From Candidatus Eiseniibacteriota bacterium (GTDB lineage: Bacteria; Eisenbacteria; RBG-16-71-46; CAIMUX01; VGJL01), in NCBI GenBank assembly GCA_041946735.1, contig JBHGAY010000009.1, positions 76,425 to 140,424 of the forward strand: a stretch of DNA of 64,000 bases, given 5' to 3'. The notes under the pieces were generated by a model. That model searched no databases. It was not told where the DNA came from and worked only from the letters and a program-made list of their open reading frames with translations. The position numbers were made by a program, and so were the translations under genes. Of the stretch, positions 1 to 9,889 are shown in pieces (within the stretch, counting starts at the first letter, position 1; the number at the start of each line of letters is the position of its first letter).

Positions 1-2
1 AC

Positions 3-1967
3 ATCGCCGGATCGGAGGCTGTCGCGGGAGGCCGCCGCCGCCCCGTCGGGGCGGAGCTTACCCCGGAAGGGGGCGCGGACCTGCGCGTGTGGGCGCCGCG
101 CTCCTCCCGCGTAGAGGTCGTCCTCGAGGATCGCGACGGCTCGATCCGCTCGACCCATCTGCTCGATCCCGACGGCGACGGCTACTTCCGGGCGCGCGTC
201 GCCGAAGCCGCCGCCGGCGACCGCTACCGTTTCCGCCTCGACGGCTCCGAGGAGCGCATCCCCGACCTCGCCTCGCGCTTCCAGCCGGACGGTCCTTTCG
301 GTCCGAGCGAGCTGATCGATCCCGGGGCGTTCGAATGGACCGACGGCGCGTGGGAAGGGATCCCGCGGGAGCGGGTCGTCCTCTACGAGATGCACGTCGG
401 GGCATTCACTCCGGAGGGGACCTGGGAAGCGGCGGCGCGCGAGCTGCCGGAGCTTGCGAGGACCGGAATCACCACGATCGAGGTGATGCCGGTCGCCGAT
501 TTCGCGGGACGGTTCGGCTGGGGATACGACGGCGTCTGTCCGTATGCGCCGACGCGCCTCTACGGGACTCCGGATCAGTTCCGCTCGTTCGTCAATCGCG
601 CGCACACGCTCGGCATCGGCGTGATCCTCGACGTCGTCTACAACCATCTCGGTCTGGAGGGCTCGTTCTTCCGCCGCTTCACCGACGACTACTTTTCCGA
701 CCGGCACAAGAGCGAATGGGGCGACCCGCTGAACTTCGACGGACCGCGGTCGGGCCCGGTGCGCGAGTTCTTCATCGAGAACGCCGGCTATTGGATCGAG
801 GAGTTCCATCTCGACGGGCTGCGCCTCGACGCCACCCAGCAGATCTTCGACCTCTCCGAGGTGCACATCCTGTCCGAGATCGCGCGCGAAGCGCGCCGGG
901 CCGCCGGGACGCGGAAGATCCTGCTCGTGGCGGAGAACGAGCCTCAGCATTCCCGCCTGGTCCGCTCGGCGGAAGCGGGCGGGCACGGACTGGACGCGCT
1001 GTGGAACGACGACTTCCACCACAGCGCGATGGTCGCGATGACGGGACGGCGCGAGGCCTACTACAGCGACTATCGCGGCCGGCCGCAGGAGCTGATCTCC
1101 ACGATCAAGCGCGGTTTCCTCTATCAGGGACAGTGGTACTCCTGGCAGAAGAAGGGACGCGGATCTCCCGCCTTCGACCTTCCGCCGCAGGCGTTCGTGC
1201 ACTTCCTGCAGAATCACGACCAGGTCGCGAACACCGGCCGCGGGCTGCGCATGCAGCAGCGGACGTCGCTCGGACGGGCGAGGGCGATGACCGCCCTGCT
1301 GCTCCTCGCCCCTCAGATTCCGATGCTCTTCATGGGGCAGGAGTACTTCGCCTCGACTCCCTTCCTCTACTTCGCCGATCACGAGCGGGAGCTGGCCGCG
1401 TCGGTGGCGGCGCAACGCAAGAAGTTCCTCGCGCAGTTCCCGAGCCTGGCGAACCGGGCGGCCGCCGACCGGCTCGCGGATCCGGCCGAGGAATCGACGT
1501 TCCTGCAAAGCAAGCTCGATCCGGCGGAGCGCCAGCGCGACATCGAGATCCAGGAGATGCATCGCAACCTGCTGACGCTGCGCCGCGACGATGCTGTGTT
1601 CTCCGCTCCCCGCGCGGGTGGCGTCGATGGGGCCGTGCTGGGCGAGGAGGCGTTCGTCCTGCGGTTCTTCGGCAGCGGCGGCGACGACCGCCTGCTCCTC
1701 GTGAACCTCGGCATCGATCTCCACCTGCCAAGCTTGCCGGAGCCGCTTCTCGCCCCTCCCGAGGGATGCGACTGGGAGACGCTCGTGTCGACCGAGGATC
1801 CCGCCTACGGCGGAGGGGGATGCCCGGCGATCGTCTCCGAGAAGGGTTGGACGATCCCAGGCCACGCCGCTTTCGTGATGGTGCCGGTCCGGCCGAGGAG
1901 GAGCCCCGGCGAGCCGGCGATCGCACGCGCGCCCGCGTCCTCACAAGGGACGGAAGGGGAACCGTGA
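3..1967 (+). CDS. treZ: Malto-oligosyltrehalose trehalohydrolase (GH13), 5'-partial
   Basis: GH13 motifs WGYDG, DVVYNH, GLRLDAT, AENEPQ, QNHDQV. The frame is open back to the window start (RRRPVGAELTPEGGADLRVWAP), so the true start lies upstream of the window. Confidence 0.92.
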   Translation: MAGSEAVAGGRRRPVGAELTPEGGADLRVWAPRSSRVEVVLEDRDGSIRSTHLLDPDGDGYFRARVAEAAAGDRYRFRLDGSEERIPDLASRFQPDGPFGPSELIDPGAFEWTDGAWEGIPRERVVLYEMHVGAFTPEGTWEAAARELPELARTGITTIEVMPVADFAGRFGWGYDGVCPYAPTRLYGTPDQFRSFVNRAHTLGIGVILDVVYNHLGLEGSFFRRFTDDYFSDRHKSEWGDPLNFDGPRSGPVREFFIENAGYWIEEFHLDGLRLDATQQIFDLSEVHILSEIAREARRAAGTRKILLVAENEPQHSRLVRSAEAGGHGLDALWNDDFHHSAMVAMTGRREAYYSDYRGRPQELISTIKRGFLYQGQWYSWQKKGRGSPAFDLPPQAFVHFLQNHDQVANTGRGLRMQQRTSLGRARAMTALLLLAPQIPMLFMGQEYFASTPFLYFADHERELAASVAAQRKKFLAQFPSLANRAAADRLADPAEESTFLQSKLDPAERQRDIEIQEMHRNLLTLRRDDAVFSAPRAGGVDGAVLGEEAFVLRFFGSGGDDRLLLVNLGIDLHLPSLPEPLLAPPEGCDWETLVSTEDPAYGGGGCPAIVSEKGWTIPGHAAFVMVPVRPRRSPGEPAIARAPASSQGTEGEP

Positions 1968-4048
1968 CGGACGAGGAATCGCAGGGCGCCGGGGAGGAGA
2001 AGCCGCAGAAAGCGGCGGCGCCCGGGGGAGCGAAGGACGCGGCGGAATCGGCGGAAGGCTGGGAGTCCCTCCTGACGCATGAATGGCTCGTGACCAACGG
2101 TCTCGGCGGATACGCGTCCGGGACGGTCGGAGGCGTGATCACGCGCCGCTATCACGGGCTCCTCGTGTCGGCCTTGCCCGCGCCCAAGGGACGCGTCGTG
2201 ATGCTCTCGCACCTCTCCGAGGCATTGCGGCTGCCGGATCAGCGGGTGATCCGGATCAGCGGAGAGGAGTCCGAAAGCGGGTGGCCGGAGATCGAAGGGG
2301 CGAAGCACCTCCGCGACTTCGGGCTCGAAGGCGGGCTTCCGGTCTGGCACTACGCGATCGAAGGCTTCCGGATCGAGAAGCGGATCGTGATGCCCCACTT
2401 CCAGAACACCGTACACGTCACCTACAGGCTGCTCGAGGGGGAGGGCACCGTCCGCCTGATCCTCACGCCGGCCGTTCATTTTCGTCCCCACGAGGAGCCG
2501 GTCGACACCCCGCTTCCCGGTCCGTTCTCGATCCGCGTGACCGGAGACCGCTACGAGGTGTGGATGCACCCCGACTTCCCCCCGCTGAAGATCGTGATGG
2601 TCGGCGAGAGGGGCGCATTCACGTTGGCCGCGCAGCACATCGAGAAGGTCTTCTTCCGGAGCGAGAAGGAGCGGGGCTACCAGTCGAGCGGGCGTCTGTG
2701 GAGCCCGGGAGAGTTCCGCGTCGATCTTTCCTCCGGCGAGAGCGCCACCTTCCTCTCTTCGACCGAGACGTGGGAGGAGATGCTGGCGCTGCGCCCGGCC
2801 GAGGCGCAGGAGGCGGAGCAGGAGCGCCGCCGGCGCCTGGTGCTCGCCGCGCACCCGAAGCTGCGCGATGGCTTCCCGGCGAGGCTCGTCCTCGCCGCCG
2901 ACCAGTTCGTGATCACTCCCGCAGGCCGGGTCGAGGACACCTCCCGCGCCCGCGCTCGCGGGGACGAGGTGCGGAGCGTCATAGCCGGCTATCACTGGTT
3001 CACCGATTGGGGCCGCGACACGATGATCAGTCTCGAGGGGCTCACCCTGCTCACCGGGCGCTCCCTGGAGGCGGGCTACATCCTGCGAACCTTCGCCCAC
3101 TACGCGAAGGACGGCCTCATCCCGAATCACTTCCCGGAAGGGAACAACGAGGCGATCTACAACACGGCGGACGCGACGCTCTGGTACTTCCACGCGATCG
3201 ATCGCTACCTGGAGGCGACCGGGGATCGCCGCACCCTGGCGATCCTCCTGCCCCTGCTCGTCGAGATCGTCGACGCCCATCTCCGCGGGACGCGCTTCCA
3301 CATCGGGGTCGATCCGAGCGACGGCCTGCTCCGCCAAGGGCAGGAGGGCTACCAGCTGACCTGGATGGACGCGAAGGTCGGAGACTGGGTCGTGACCCCG
3401 CGCCGCGGGAAGGCGGTCGAGATCAACGCCCTCTGGTACAACGCCCTGCGCCTGCTCGAACGGTGGATCCGCGAGGAGCGTGGCGAAGCGGACGCGCATC
3501 GGTATGCGGAGCTGGCGGACCGGGCGCGCGACTCCTTCCGCCGGCGCTTCTGGTACGCGGAAGGCGGCTATCTCTACGACGTGGTCGACGGAGAGCAGGG
3601 GGACGACGCCTCGTTCCGCCCCAACCAGATCTTCGCGGTCTCCCTCCCCCATCCGGTGCTCGAGCAGGAGCGGTGGGAGCCTGTCGTGCGCGCCGTGCAG
3701 GAGCGCTTGCTCACGCCGGTCGGCCTGCGGAGCCTGGCGCCCGGCGATGCCGACTTCAAGCCGCGCTACTACGGCGATCTCCGGTCGCGCGACGCCGCCT
3801 ACCACCAGGGGACGGTGTGGGCCTGGCTGATCGGCCCCTTCGTCGACGCCTGGCTGCGGGTCCATCCCGGCGATCGCGAAGGGGCGCGGCGGCTCCTCGA
3901 GGGATTCCCCGGCACGCTCGAGCAGGCCGCGATCGGGACGATCAGTGAGATCTTCGACGCGGAGGCTCCGTTCACCCCGCGCGGCTGCATCGCGCAGGCG
4001 TGGAGCGTCGCCGAGGTGCTGCGCGCCTGGGCGCAGACGGCGGAGTAG
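1964..4048 (+). CDS. Amylo-alpha-1,6-glucosidase / glycogen debranching enzyme (GDE_N + GDE_C)
   Basis: EWLVTNGLGGYASGT, IAGYHWFTDWGRDTMI, QLTWMDAK, YHQGTVW, GCIAQAWS. GTG start overlaps the treZ stop (GTGA). Confidence 0.92.
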   Translation: MTDEESQGAGEEKPQKAAAPGGAKDAAESAEGWESLLTHEWLVTNGLGGYASGTVGGVITRRYHGLLVSALPAPKGRVVMLSHLSEALRLPDQRVIRISGEESESGWPEIEGAKHLRDFGLEGGLPVWHYAIEGFRIEKRIVMPHFQNTVHVTYRLLEGEGTVRLILTPAVHFRPHEEPVDTPLPGPFSIRVTGDRYEVWMHPDFPPLKIVMVGERGAFTLAAQHIEKVFFRSEKERGYQSSGRLWSPGEFRVDLSSGESATFLSSTETWEEMLALRPAEAQEAEQERRRRLVLAAHPKLRDGFPARLVLAADQFVITPAGRVEDTSRARARGDEVRSVIAGYHWFTDWGRDTMISLEGLTLLTGRSLEAGYILRTFAHYAKDGLIPNHFPEGNNEAIYNTADATLWYFHAIDRYLEATGDRRTLAILLPLLVEIVDAHLRGTRFHIGVDPSDGLLRQGQEGYQLTWMDAKVGDWVVTPRRGKAVEINALWYNALRLLERWIREERGEADAHRYAELADRARDSFRRRFWYAEGGYLYDVVDGEQGDDASFRPNQIFAVSLPHPVLEQERWEPVVRAVQERLLTPVGLRSLAPGDADFKPRYYGDLRSRDAAYHQGTVWAWLIGPFVDAWLRVHPGDREGARRLLEGFPGTLEQAAIGTISEIFDAEAPFTPRGCIAQAWSVAEVLRAWAQTAE

Positions 4049-4124
4049 GGACCGGAGCAAGGAACGCTGGCTGGGGGCTGGGCGGCCCCCTCTCACTCGC
4101 CCGGGCGGCGCGTACCGGCGGGAC

Positions 4125-4853
4125 TCAGAGATTGCCGAGGGGCGGGACGATCCGCACTTCCTCCAGGAGCGCGTCTCCCGGAGCTTCCGCCGCCTCGCGG
4201 ACGATCCGCGCGACGGCGCGCGGCGGCATCATCTTGGAGCGGTCCCAGTCCCCTTCGAGGCGGTCCCAGAACGGCGTCTCCGTTGCGCCGGGAAGGATCG
4301 CCGTCACCCGGACGCCTGCGCGGCGCACTTCGGCTCGTAGCGCCTCGACGAAGCCGAGTGCGCCGAACTTCGAGGCGTTGTAGGCGGCGTTCTTCGGGAA
4401 GGCGGTTCGGGCCGCGACGGAGAGGATGTAGAGCAGCCTTCCGTCGCCACGTTCGAGCATGGCGGGAAGAACCGCCCGAGTGACGAGGAAGAAGCCCCGG
4501 AGATTGGTGTCGATCGTCCGGTCCCACTCCTCGTCGGTCGTCTCGACGACCTTGCGAAAGACGCCCCAGCCCGCGCACTGGATCACGGCGTCCGGCTCGC
4601 CGGTCGCCGCGCGCAGGGTGGCGGTCCATGCCGCGACCGATTCGGTGCGCCGGACGTCGACGGCAGCGAAGGCATGGCGCTCCGGTTGGGCGAACGAGGA
4701 GACGAGGTCGCGGAGGGCTGGCTCGTCGCGCGAGCCCGCCCCGATGGACCATCCCGCCTGCTCCAGCTCGATCGCGACGGCCCGTCCGATCCCCGACGAC
4801 GCGCCGGTGATCCAGGCCGTCGGGCGCTTCTCGCGCGGCTCTCCTCCTCCCAT
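4125..4853 (-). CDS. SDR oxidoreductase, sepiapterin-reductase-like
   Basis: TGASSGIG Rossmann motif and YNASK catalytic motif; last gene of the PTPS-folE-SDR run. Confidence 0.85.
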   Translation of the reverse strand: MGGGEPREKRPTAWITGASSGIGRAVAIELEQAGWSIGAGSRDEPALRDLVSSFAQPERHAFAAVDVRRTESVAAWTATLRAATGEPDAVIQCAGWGVFRKVVETTDEEWDRTIDTNLRGFFLVTRAVLPAMLERGDGRLLYILSVAARTAFPKNAAYNASKFGALGFVEALRAEVRRAGVRVTAILPGATETPFWDRLEGDWDRSKMMPPRAVARIVREAAEAPGDALLEEVRIVPPLGNL

Positions 4854-4915
4854 CCCTTCCTTCTCTCTCCCTCTTGTTCCAGGGGGCTGTTCCGGGGGGC
4901 GGACCCGCCCGGCGC

Positions 4916-5470
4916 TCAGCGAATCGTGTGGTGGCCGATCAGGTTCATGAACTCGCTGCGCGTCGCCCGGTCCTCGCGGAACACCCCGAGCATCGCGCTC
5001 GTCGTCGCGAAGGCGTTCTGCTTCTCCACCCCACGCATGGCGATGCAGAGATGGAACGCCTCGATGACGACCGCGACGCCGGCCGGCTGGATCGCTTGTT
5101 GGATGCACTCGGCGACCTGCTGCGTGAGGCGCTCCTGCACTTGCAGGCGCCGCGCGAACAGATCGAGGATCCGTGGCAGCTTCGAGAGGCCGATGATCTT
5201 CCCTTGCGGGAGGTAGGCGATGTGCGCCCGCCCGTAGAACGGCAGCAGGTGATGCTCGCAGAGCGAGTAGAAGTCGATCTCCTTGACGATCACCATCTCG
5301 TCGTACGGCTCGTCGAAGATCGCCCCGTTGAGGACCGCGGTCAGGTCGGCCTCGTAACCCTTCGTCAGGAAGCGCAACGCTTTCGCCACCCGCTCGGGCG
5401 TCTTCAGCAGCCCCTGGCGATCGGGATCCTCTCCGATCTCGCGCAGCAACGCCCGCACATGCTCTTCCAC
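4916..5470 (-). CDS. folE: GTP cyclohydrolase I
   Basis: [50 protein letters not shown]. Confidence 0.97.
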   Translation of the reverse strand: MEEHVRALLREIGEDPDRQGLLKTPERVAKALRFLTKGYEADLTAVLNGAIFDEPYDEMVIVKEIDFYSLCEHHLLPFYGRAHIAYLPQGKIIGLSKLPRILDLFARRLQVQERLTQQVAECIQQAIQPAGVAVVIEAFHLCIAMRGVEKQNAFATTSAMLGVFREDRATRSEFMNLIGHHTIR

Positions 5471-5474
5471 GTCC

Positions 5475-5951
5475 TCATTCCTCCGTCGGCCCGAAATAGC
5501 GGGCGAAGTTGGTGCGAGATTCGTACAGCGTCAACTCATGGAGCGTGCAACCCGGGATCCGGCCCTCGAGCTGCTCCCAGAAGCGGATCACCAGGTTCTC
5601 GACGGTCGGCACCACGCCACGGAGGAAGTCGACGTCGAGATTGAGGTTCTTGTGATCGACCTTCGAGATCAGGACCTCGTCGAGGATGTCCTTCAAGCGC
5701 TTCAGGTCGAGGATCATGCCGGTCTGCGGATCGGGTTGGCCGGCCAGCGTGACGTCGAGGACGTAGTTGTGCCCGTGCCCGTTCGGGTTGTTGCAGATCC
5801 CGAAGACCTCCCAGTTCTTCTCGTCCGTGAAGTCCGGGCTGTAGAGGCGGTGTGAGGCGCTGAACTCCACCTGCTTGGTGATACGGACGACGGTCTTGCG
5901 GCGCGCGGCGATGGCCGGGATCTTCCCCGCCGGGCGAGCGGCATCCTGCAT
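5475..5951 (-). CDS. 6-pyruvoyl-tetrahydropterin synthase family (PTPS-II-type motif; QueD/PTPS superfamily)
   Basis: FSASHRL...[33 protein letters not shown]. Purine-rich RBS upstream of the ATG at 5951. Confidence 0.93.
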   Translation of the reverse strand: MQDAARPAGKIPAIAARRKTVVRITKQVEFSASHRLYSPDFTDEKNWEVFGICNNPNGHGHNYVLDVTLAGQPDPQTGMILDLKRLKDILDEVLISKVDHKNLNLDVDFLRGVVPTVENLVIRFWEQLEGRIPGCTLHELTLYESRTNFARYFGPTEE

Positions 5952-6030
5952 CGTTTCCCCCTGTGCCCGACGAAATGGAAACTCGCGGAACGGCCGGGCA
6001 TCCGACCACTGTACCCCAAGAGGACCGACG

Positions 6031-6147
6031 GGCGAACGGGAGGCGCAGGCTGGCGAGCAGGGCGAGCGGGAGACACAGGCCGGCGAGCAGGGCACCCGAG
6101 AGGCACAGGCCGGCGAGCAGGGCGCAGGGGACACGGCCGGCGAGCGA
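6031..6147. repeat. Degenerate 30-bp tandem repeat, about 3.5 copies
   Basis: Core CAGGCCGGCGAGCAGGGC recurs with a 30-nt period in the intergenic gap upstream of PTPS. Confidence 0.85.
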
Positions 6148-6201
6148 GCGGGAGTTCGTCTCGCCTGCTTCGCGCGGTCGCCCGGACGGAGGATGGACGG
6201 A

Positions 6202-7236
6202 TCAGTCGCAGTAGAGGCGCTGCGGCTTCGGTGCCATCGTGCGGTCGTAGAGTCGGCGCACCATCGGCAGAACCAACTCCTCCGCCTCGCTGATCGTCCC
6301 GGGCAGGAAGGCTCCGGCTGCGGTCGGCCGCCCTCCCCCGCCGATCCGCGTCGCGAGAGCGCCAACGTCGTGCTTGCCCTTCGACCGGAACGTCACGCGC
6401 ACCCCCGAGCCGAGCACCTCCCGGAAGAGGATGCACAGGTCGATGTTCTGGATGGCGAGCAGGTTGTCGAGGATCCCGTCGCCGTCCTGCAGGACCGTGC
6501 GCGTCTCGACGAACGTCGTGTGCGGCACCGAGAGCCAGGCGACCTTGCCGTCCCGCTCGTGCCGCAGATTCGCGAGCGCACGCCGGTAGAGGTCGAACCG
6601 CTCGAAGCTCTCGCTCTGGAAGATCCAGCGGGCGACGCTGGCGTGGTCGGCGCCGTGTCGCAGAAGGTCCGCCGCGACCAGGACCGCCCGGTTCGTCGTC
6701 TGCGGAAGGCGCAGGCCGCCCGTGTCGAACATCAGGCTGGCGTAGAGCGCCTGGGCGATGTCGGGATCGATGCGCACTCCCGCCCAGCGGAAGTAGTGGT
6801 AAAGCATCTCGCCGGTGCTGCACGCGGAGGGATCGATCAGCTCGAGATCGCCGAAGTCTCCGATCGGATGGTGATGGTCGACAGAGACGACCGGTAGGCC
6901 GCTCGAGCGGAGGATCTCGGCGAGCGGACCGATGTAGCTCCACTGGCTGACGTCGAGAGCGATCAGGATCTCCGTCCCTGGAGGAATCGGGGGAGCCCCG
7001 TTCTGCCCGAGGTAGCGGGCAGGAAACAGGTCCATCAGAAACCGGTAGCACGGCCGCGCGGGCGTCGGATTCAGTATCTGAACCGTCTTCCCTCGCTCCC
7101 TCAGATGGAGAGCGAGGGCCACTTCAGACCCGATCGAATCCCCTTCGGGGAACACGTGCGATGTGAGCAAGAACCGATCGTATCTGTCGAGAACCTGTCG
7201 CAGACTATCCCAACCCCGGCCCGGTCCTGCGTCCAT
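6202..7236 (-). CDS. DHH/DHHA1 family phosphoesterase (NrnA-like, divergent motifs)
   Basis: SHVFPEGDSIGS, ALDVS, VDHH, FDTGG, FRSKG...GGGGRPTAAG. Start uncertain (7236 or 7359). Confidence 0.85.
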   Translation of the reverse strand: MDAGPGRGWDSLRQVLDRYDRFLLTSHVFPEGDSIGSEVALALHLRERGKTVQILNPTPARPCYRFLMDLFPARYLGQNGAPPIPPGTEILIALDVSQWSYIGPLAEILRSSGLPVVSVDHHHPIGDFGDLELIDPSACSTGEMLYHYFRWAGVRIDPDIAQALYASLMFDTGGLRLPQTTNRAVLVAADLLRHGADHASVARWIFQSESFERFDLYRRALANLRHERDGKVAWLSVPHTTFVETRTVLQDGDGILDNLLAIQNIDLCILFREVLGSGVRVTFRSKGKHDVGALATRIGGGGRPTAAGAFLPGTISEAEELVLPMVRRLYDRTMAPKPQRLYCD

Positions 7237-7369
7237 GCGATTCGCCCCTCGCCGACTCGTTCGCGGAACCGATACTCCGTCTATATGTCGCCCTGCGTCT
7301 TTCGGGAACAGGGCGTTCGAATTCGCCAGGGTTGGAAACTCCCATGGCCGATCCGTCATGTCAACAAAT

Positions 7370-7795
7370 TCATTGCGACATATTCGTAAATCTTTCGTGC
7401 AACGAGACTTCCAGGAGACGAACGAACGCCGAACGAGGCCACACCTGGTCGGTTCCGGCTTCTCGAAGAGCGCGAAGGCCGCCGGCGTCGACGTGCGAGC
7501 CGAATCCCCAGATCGACCAGGAGGATTCCGTCTGCCCGCCGGCCCGGGCTGCGTCGATCGCGTGACGGATCGCTTCGATGCCGGCATCGAGATCGACGAG
7601 GAGCACGCCGCCGGGAGAATCGAGCGCGGCGCCGGCCTCGAGTTGCGAGATTCTGCGGAAGGCGAGGCGCAATCGCTTCGCGATCGCTTCGATGCGGCTC
7701 GAGAAGATCAGATCGTCGGATAGGAGGACCACGCGGCGCGCGCCGGGCGGCATCTCGCTCATCCGTTGTCGCCCATCCGGTGGCGCCTCGCTCAT
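7370..7795 (-). CDS. Small atypical receiver (CheY-like) domain protein
   Basis: VVLLSDDLIF...VLLVDLD...GFGSHVD...EAGTDQVWPRS follows a receiver-like pattern. Start uncertain. Confidence 0.65.
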   Translation of the reverse strand: MSEAPPDGRQRMSEMPPGARRVVLLSDDLIFSSRIEAIAKRLRLAFRRISQLEAGAALDSPGGVLLVDLDAGIEAIRHAIDAARAGGQTESSWSIWGFGSHVDAGGLRALREAGTDQVWPRSAFVRLLEVSLHERFTNMSQ

Positions 7796-7817
7796 CGAGT
7801 CCTCCGAGGGGGACGGC

Positions 7818-8849
7818 TCACTCCGCCTCTGCGCGACGCGGAAGCCCGGATTCCGCGAACGGGAGCGCTTCCACCGTGCCGGTCACGCCACCGGCCGTCA
7901 CTTCCCTTCCTGCGAGCGGCGCGTCGATCCGAAGCACCGCAAGGCCCAGATCGTCCCCGCCGGTGCGCGATGGCGCGAAGCTCGTGAGACGGCCCAGCGG
8001 CTCCGAACCGGACTCGGCGAGGAACACCTCGGGACCTTCTCCGTGGCCTTCGCGGCGATCGAAGGCCGAGGCGGCGGTGAAGCGGGATCCGGCAGCGAAG
8101 CGGATCCCGAGGAGCGCACGATGCACCTTCCCTTGAAAGTGGATGCGAGCGATCGTCTCCTGGCCGACGTAGCAGCCCTTCTGGTAGTGCACCGCCTCCT
8201 CGAGCCCGGCCTCCATCGGAAAGAGCGCGCCGTCGACGTCCTTGCCGAAAAGAGGCCGACCCGCCTCGATGCGCAGCCGCTCGAGCGTCTCCGAGCCGAT
8301 CGGGACGGCGTCCGCCTGCGCGAGCGCCTCCTCGAGCCCGTTCCCCTCGGAAAGCAGCAGGAGCCGGTCATTCGGCCCGACCTCGCGCACCTTCCAGAAC
8401 TCCACGCCGCGAGCTGGCGGGACCCGGTCGGAACCCGGGCCTGTCAGGAGCAGGAGCCTCTGGTCCTCTCGCCGATCGATCGCGAGCGATTCGAGGAAGT
8501 GGAACTGATGGAGGATCGCCAGGACGCCGGCCGCAGTCGAGGAGTCGAGGACAAGGTGCGCACCGTCTTCGAGCCGGAGGAGGCGGAGCGGCGCGAGGAG
8601 GTGGCCTTTCCGCTCGAGCAGGCAGGCGAGGCGGCTCTCGCCCGGGCGCATCCCGGCGACGTCCTGCGTCAGCATCCCTTGAAGGAAGGAGATGGCATCG
8701 GGACCGCGCACCGAGACGATCGCCCGTCGGGGAAGCGGCGTGTACGCGATGCGCCACCGCGCCGCTTCGTACTCCTCGCGCGGATCGCCGAAAAGAGGCG
8801 GGACGTGCGTCGCCGCCTGCGCGTGTCGCTCGCGGGCCGCCTCGCTCAC
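7818..8849 (-). CDS. ygfZ: YgfZ/GcvT-family folate-binding protein
   Basis: GPDAISFLQGMLTQD, RLRIEAG and the signature KGCYVGQE. Confidence 0.9.
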   Translation of the reverse strand: MSEAARERHAQAATHVPPLFGDPREEYEAARWRIAYTPLPRRAIVSVRGPDAISFLQGMLTQDVAGMRPGESRLACLLERKGHLLAPLRLLRLEDGAHLVLDSSTAAGVLAILHQFHFLESLAIDRREDQRLLLLTGPGSDRVPPARGVEFWKVREVGPNDRLLLLSEGNGLEEALAQADAVPIGSETLERLRIEAGRPLFGKDVDGALFPMEAGLEEAVHYQKGCYVGQETIARIHFQGKVHRALLGIRFAAGSRFTAASAFDRREGHGEGPEVFLAESGSEPLGRLTSFAPSRTGGDDLGLAVLRIDAPLAGREVTAGGVTGTVEALPFAESGLPRRAEAE

Positions 8850-9658
8850 GATCCCGTCGCCTTGCGGTATTCCTTATCCGCCTCCGGCATCCACTCCTCG
8901 AGCTGCCGGACGCGCGTCCCATGGCTCGGGTGCGTGCTCAGCCATTCGGGCGGCGCGCCCCCCTTCGACTGCTGCTCCATCCGCTGCCAGAACTGGATCG
9001 CGGCATGCGGATCGTAGCCGGCGCGAGCCATGTAAACGAGTCCGATGTGGTCCGCCTCGCTCTCCTGACTCCGGCTGAACGGCAGGAGGAAGCCGACCTG
9101 GGCGCCGACGCCGTAGGCGGCGAGGACGAGGTTCTGCGTCGCGGCGCTCTTCTCGTTCAACAGCGCCTGCAATCCCATCCCTCCGAGCTGCAGGGCGAGC
9201 TGATCCGTCATTCGCTCCCCGCCGTGGCGCGCGACCGCATGGGCGATCTCGTGCGACATCACCGTCGCAAGCCCCGCCTCGTTCTCCGTCACCGGGAGGA
9301 TGCCGGTGTAGACGGCGACCTTGCCGCCCGGAAGGCAGAACGCGTTGACCACCTTGTCGTTCTTGATCAGGTTGAATTCCCAGTCGTAGTCCTTCTTGTT
9401 CGAGACCGCGGCGATGCGGCGACCTACGCGCCGGACCATTTCGACGTCCGGGCCGGACTGCACGACCTCCTCTTGTTTCAGCAGCTGCTGGTAGCTGTCG
9501 GCGCCCAGGGCGATCTCCTCGCCTTCGGGAATCAGGTTGAAGCTTTTCCTGCCGGTGATCGGGACGGTGGCGCACGCGGCGAGGACGACGAGCAAGAGCA
9601 GGAGCGAAGCGGCGAGCGGACGGGCGCGATGCCGCGCGAATGACCGTGGCTTCACCAT
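8846..9658 (-). CDS. M48 family Zn metallopeptidase, lipoprotein
   Basis: Lipobox LAAC, NAFCLPGG, HEIAH, FSRSQESEAD, LSTHP. RBS AAAGGAGG. Confidence 0.93.
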   Translation of the reverse strand: MVKPRSFARHRARPLAASLLLLLVVLAACATVPITGRKSFNLIPEGEEIALGADSYQQLLKQEEVVQSGPDVEMVRRVGRRIAAVSNKKDYDWEFNLIKNDKVVNAFCLPGGKVAVYTGILPVTENEAGLATVMSHEIAHAVARHGGERMTDQLALQLGGMGLQALLNEKSAATQNLVLAAYGVGAQVGFLLPFSRSQESEADHIGLVYMARAGYDPHAAIQFWQRMEQQSKGGAPPEWLSTHPSHGTRVRQLEEWMPEADKEYRKATGS

Positions 9659-9889
9659 GGTTGCCTCCTTTCCTGTCAGGTTAGACGATTCCCGGCTCGT
9701 CCAACACGAGCGCGGAGAGGCATGAGCGACAAGCGCACGCGGGGCGAACGTATCGGGGCGTATCGCCGGGCGGCGATCACGCGGAGAACACCCGGGGCCG
9801 GACGTCCGGCGCGAGGGCGGAACAGCGAGAAGTTTACCAACGTGCGTCAATCCGATAGCTTAAGGTCTTTGGGCGGAGGTCTCATCCCG

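Noticed and set aside
89..1963. Apparent 1319-aa ORF with a 625-aa N-terminal extension on the debranching enzyme
   Set aside because: The extension is an Arg/Pro-rich alternate frame of treZ; the real start is the GTG at 1964.
6031..6147. CRISPR array (also considered 52457-52516 and 19652-19750)
   Set aside because: Head-to-tail repeats without unique spacers; no cas genes.
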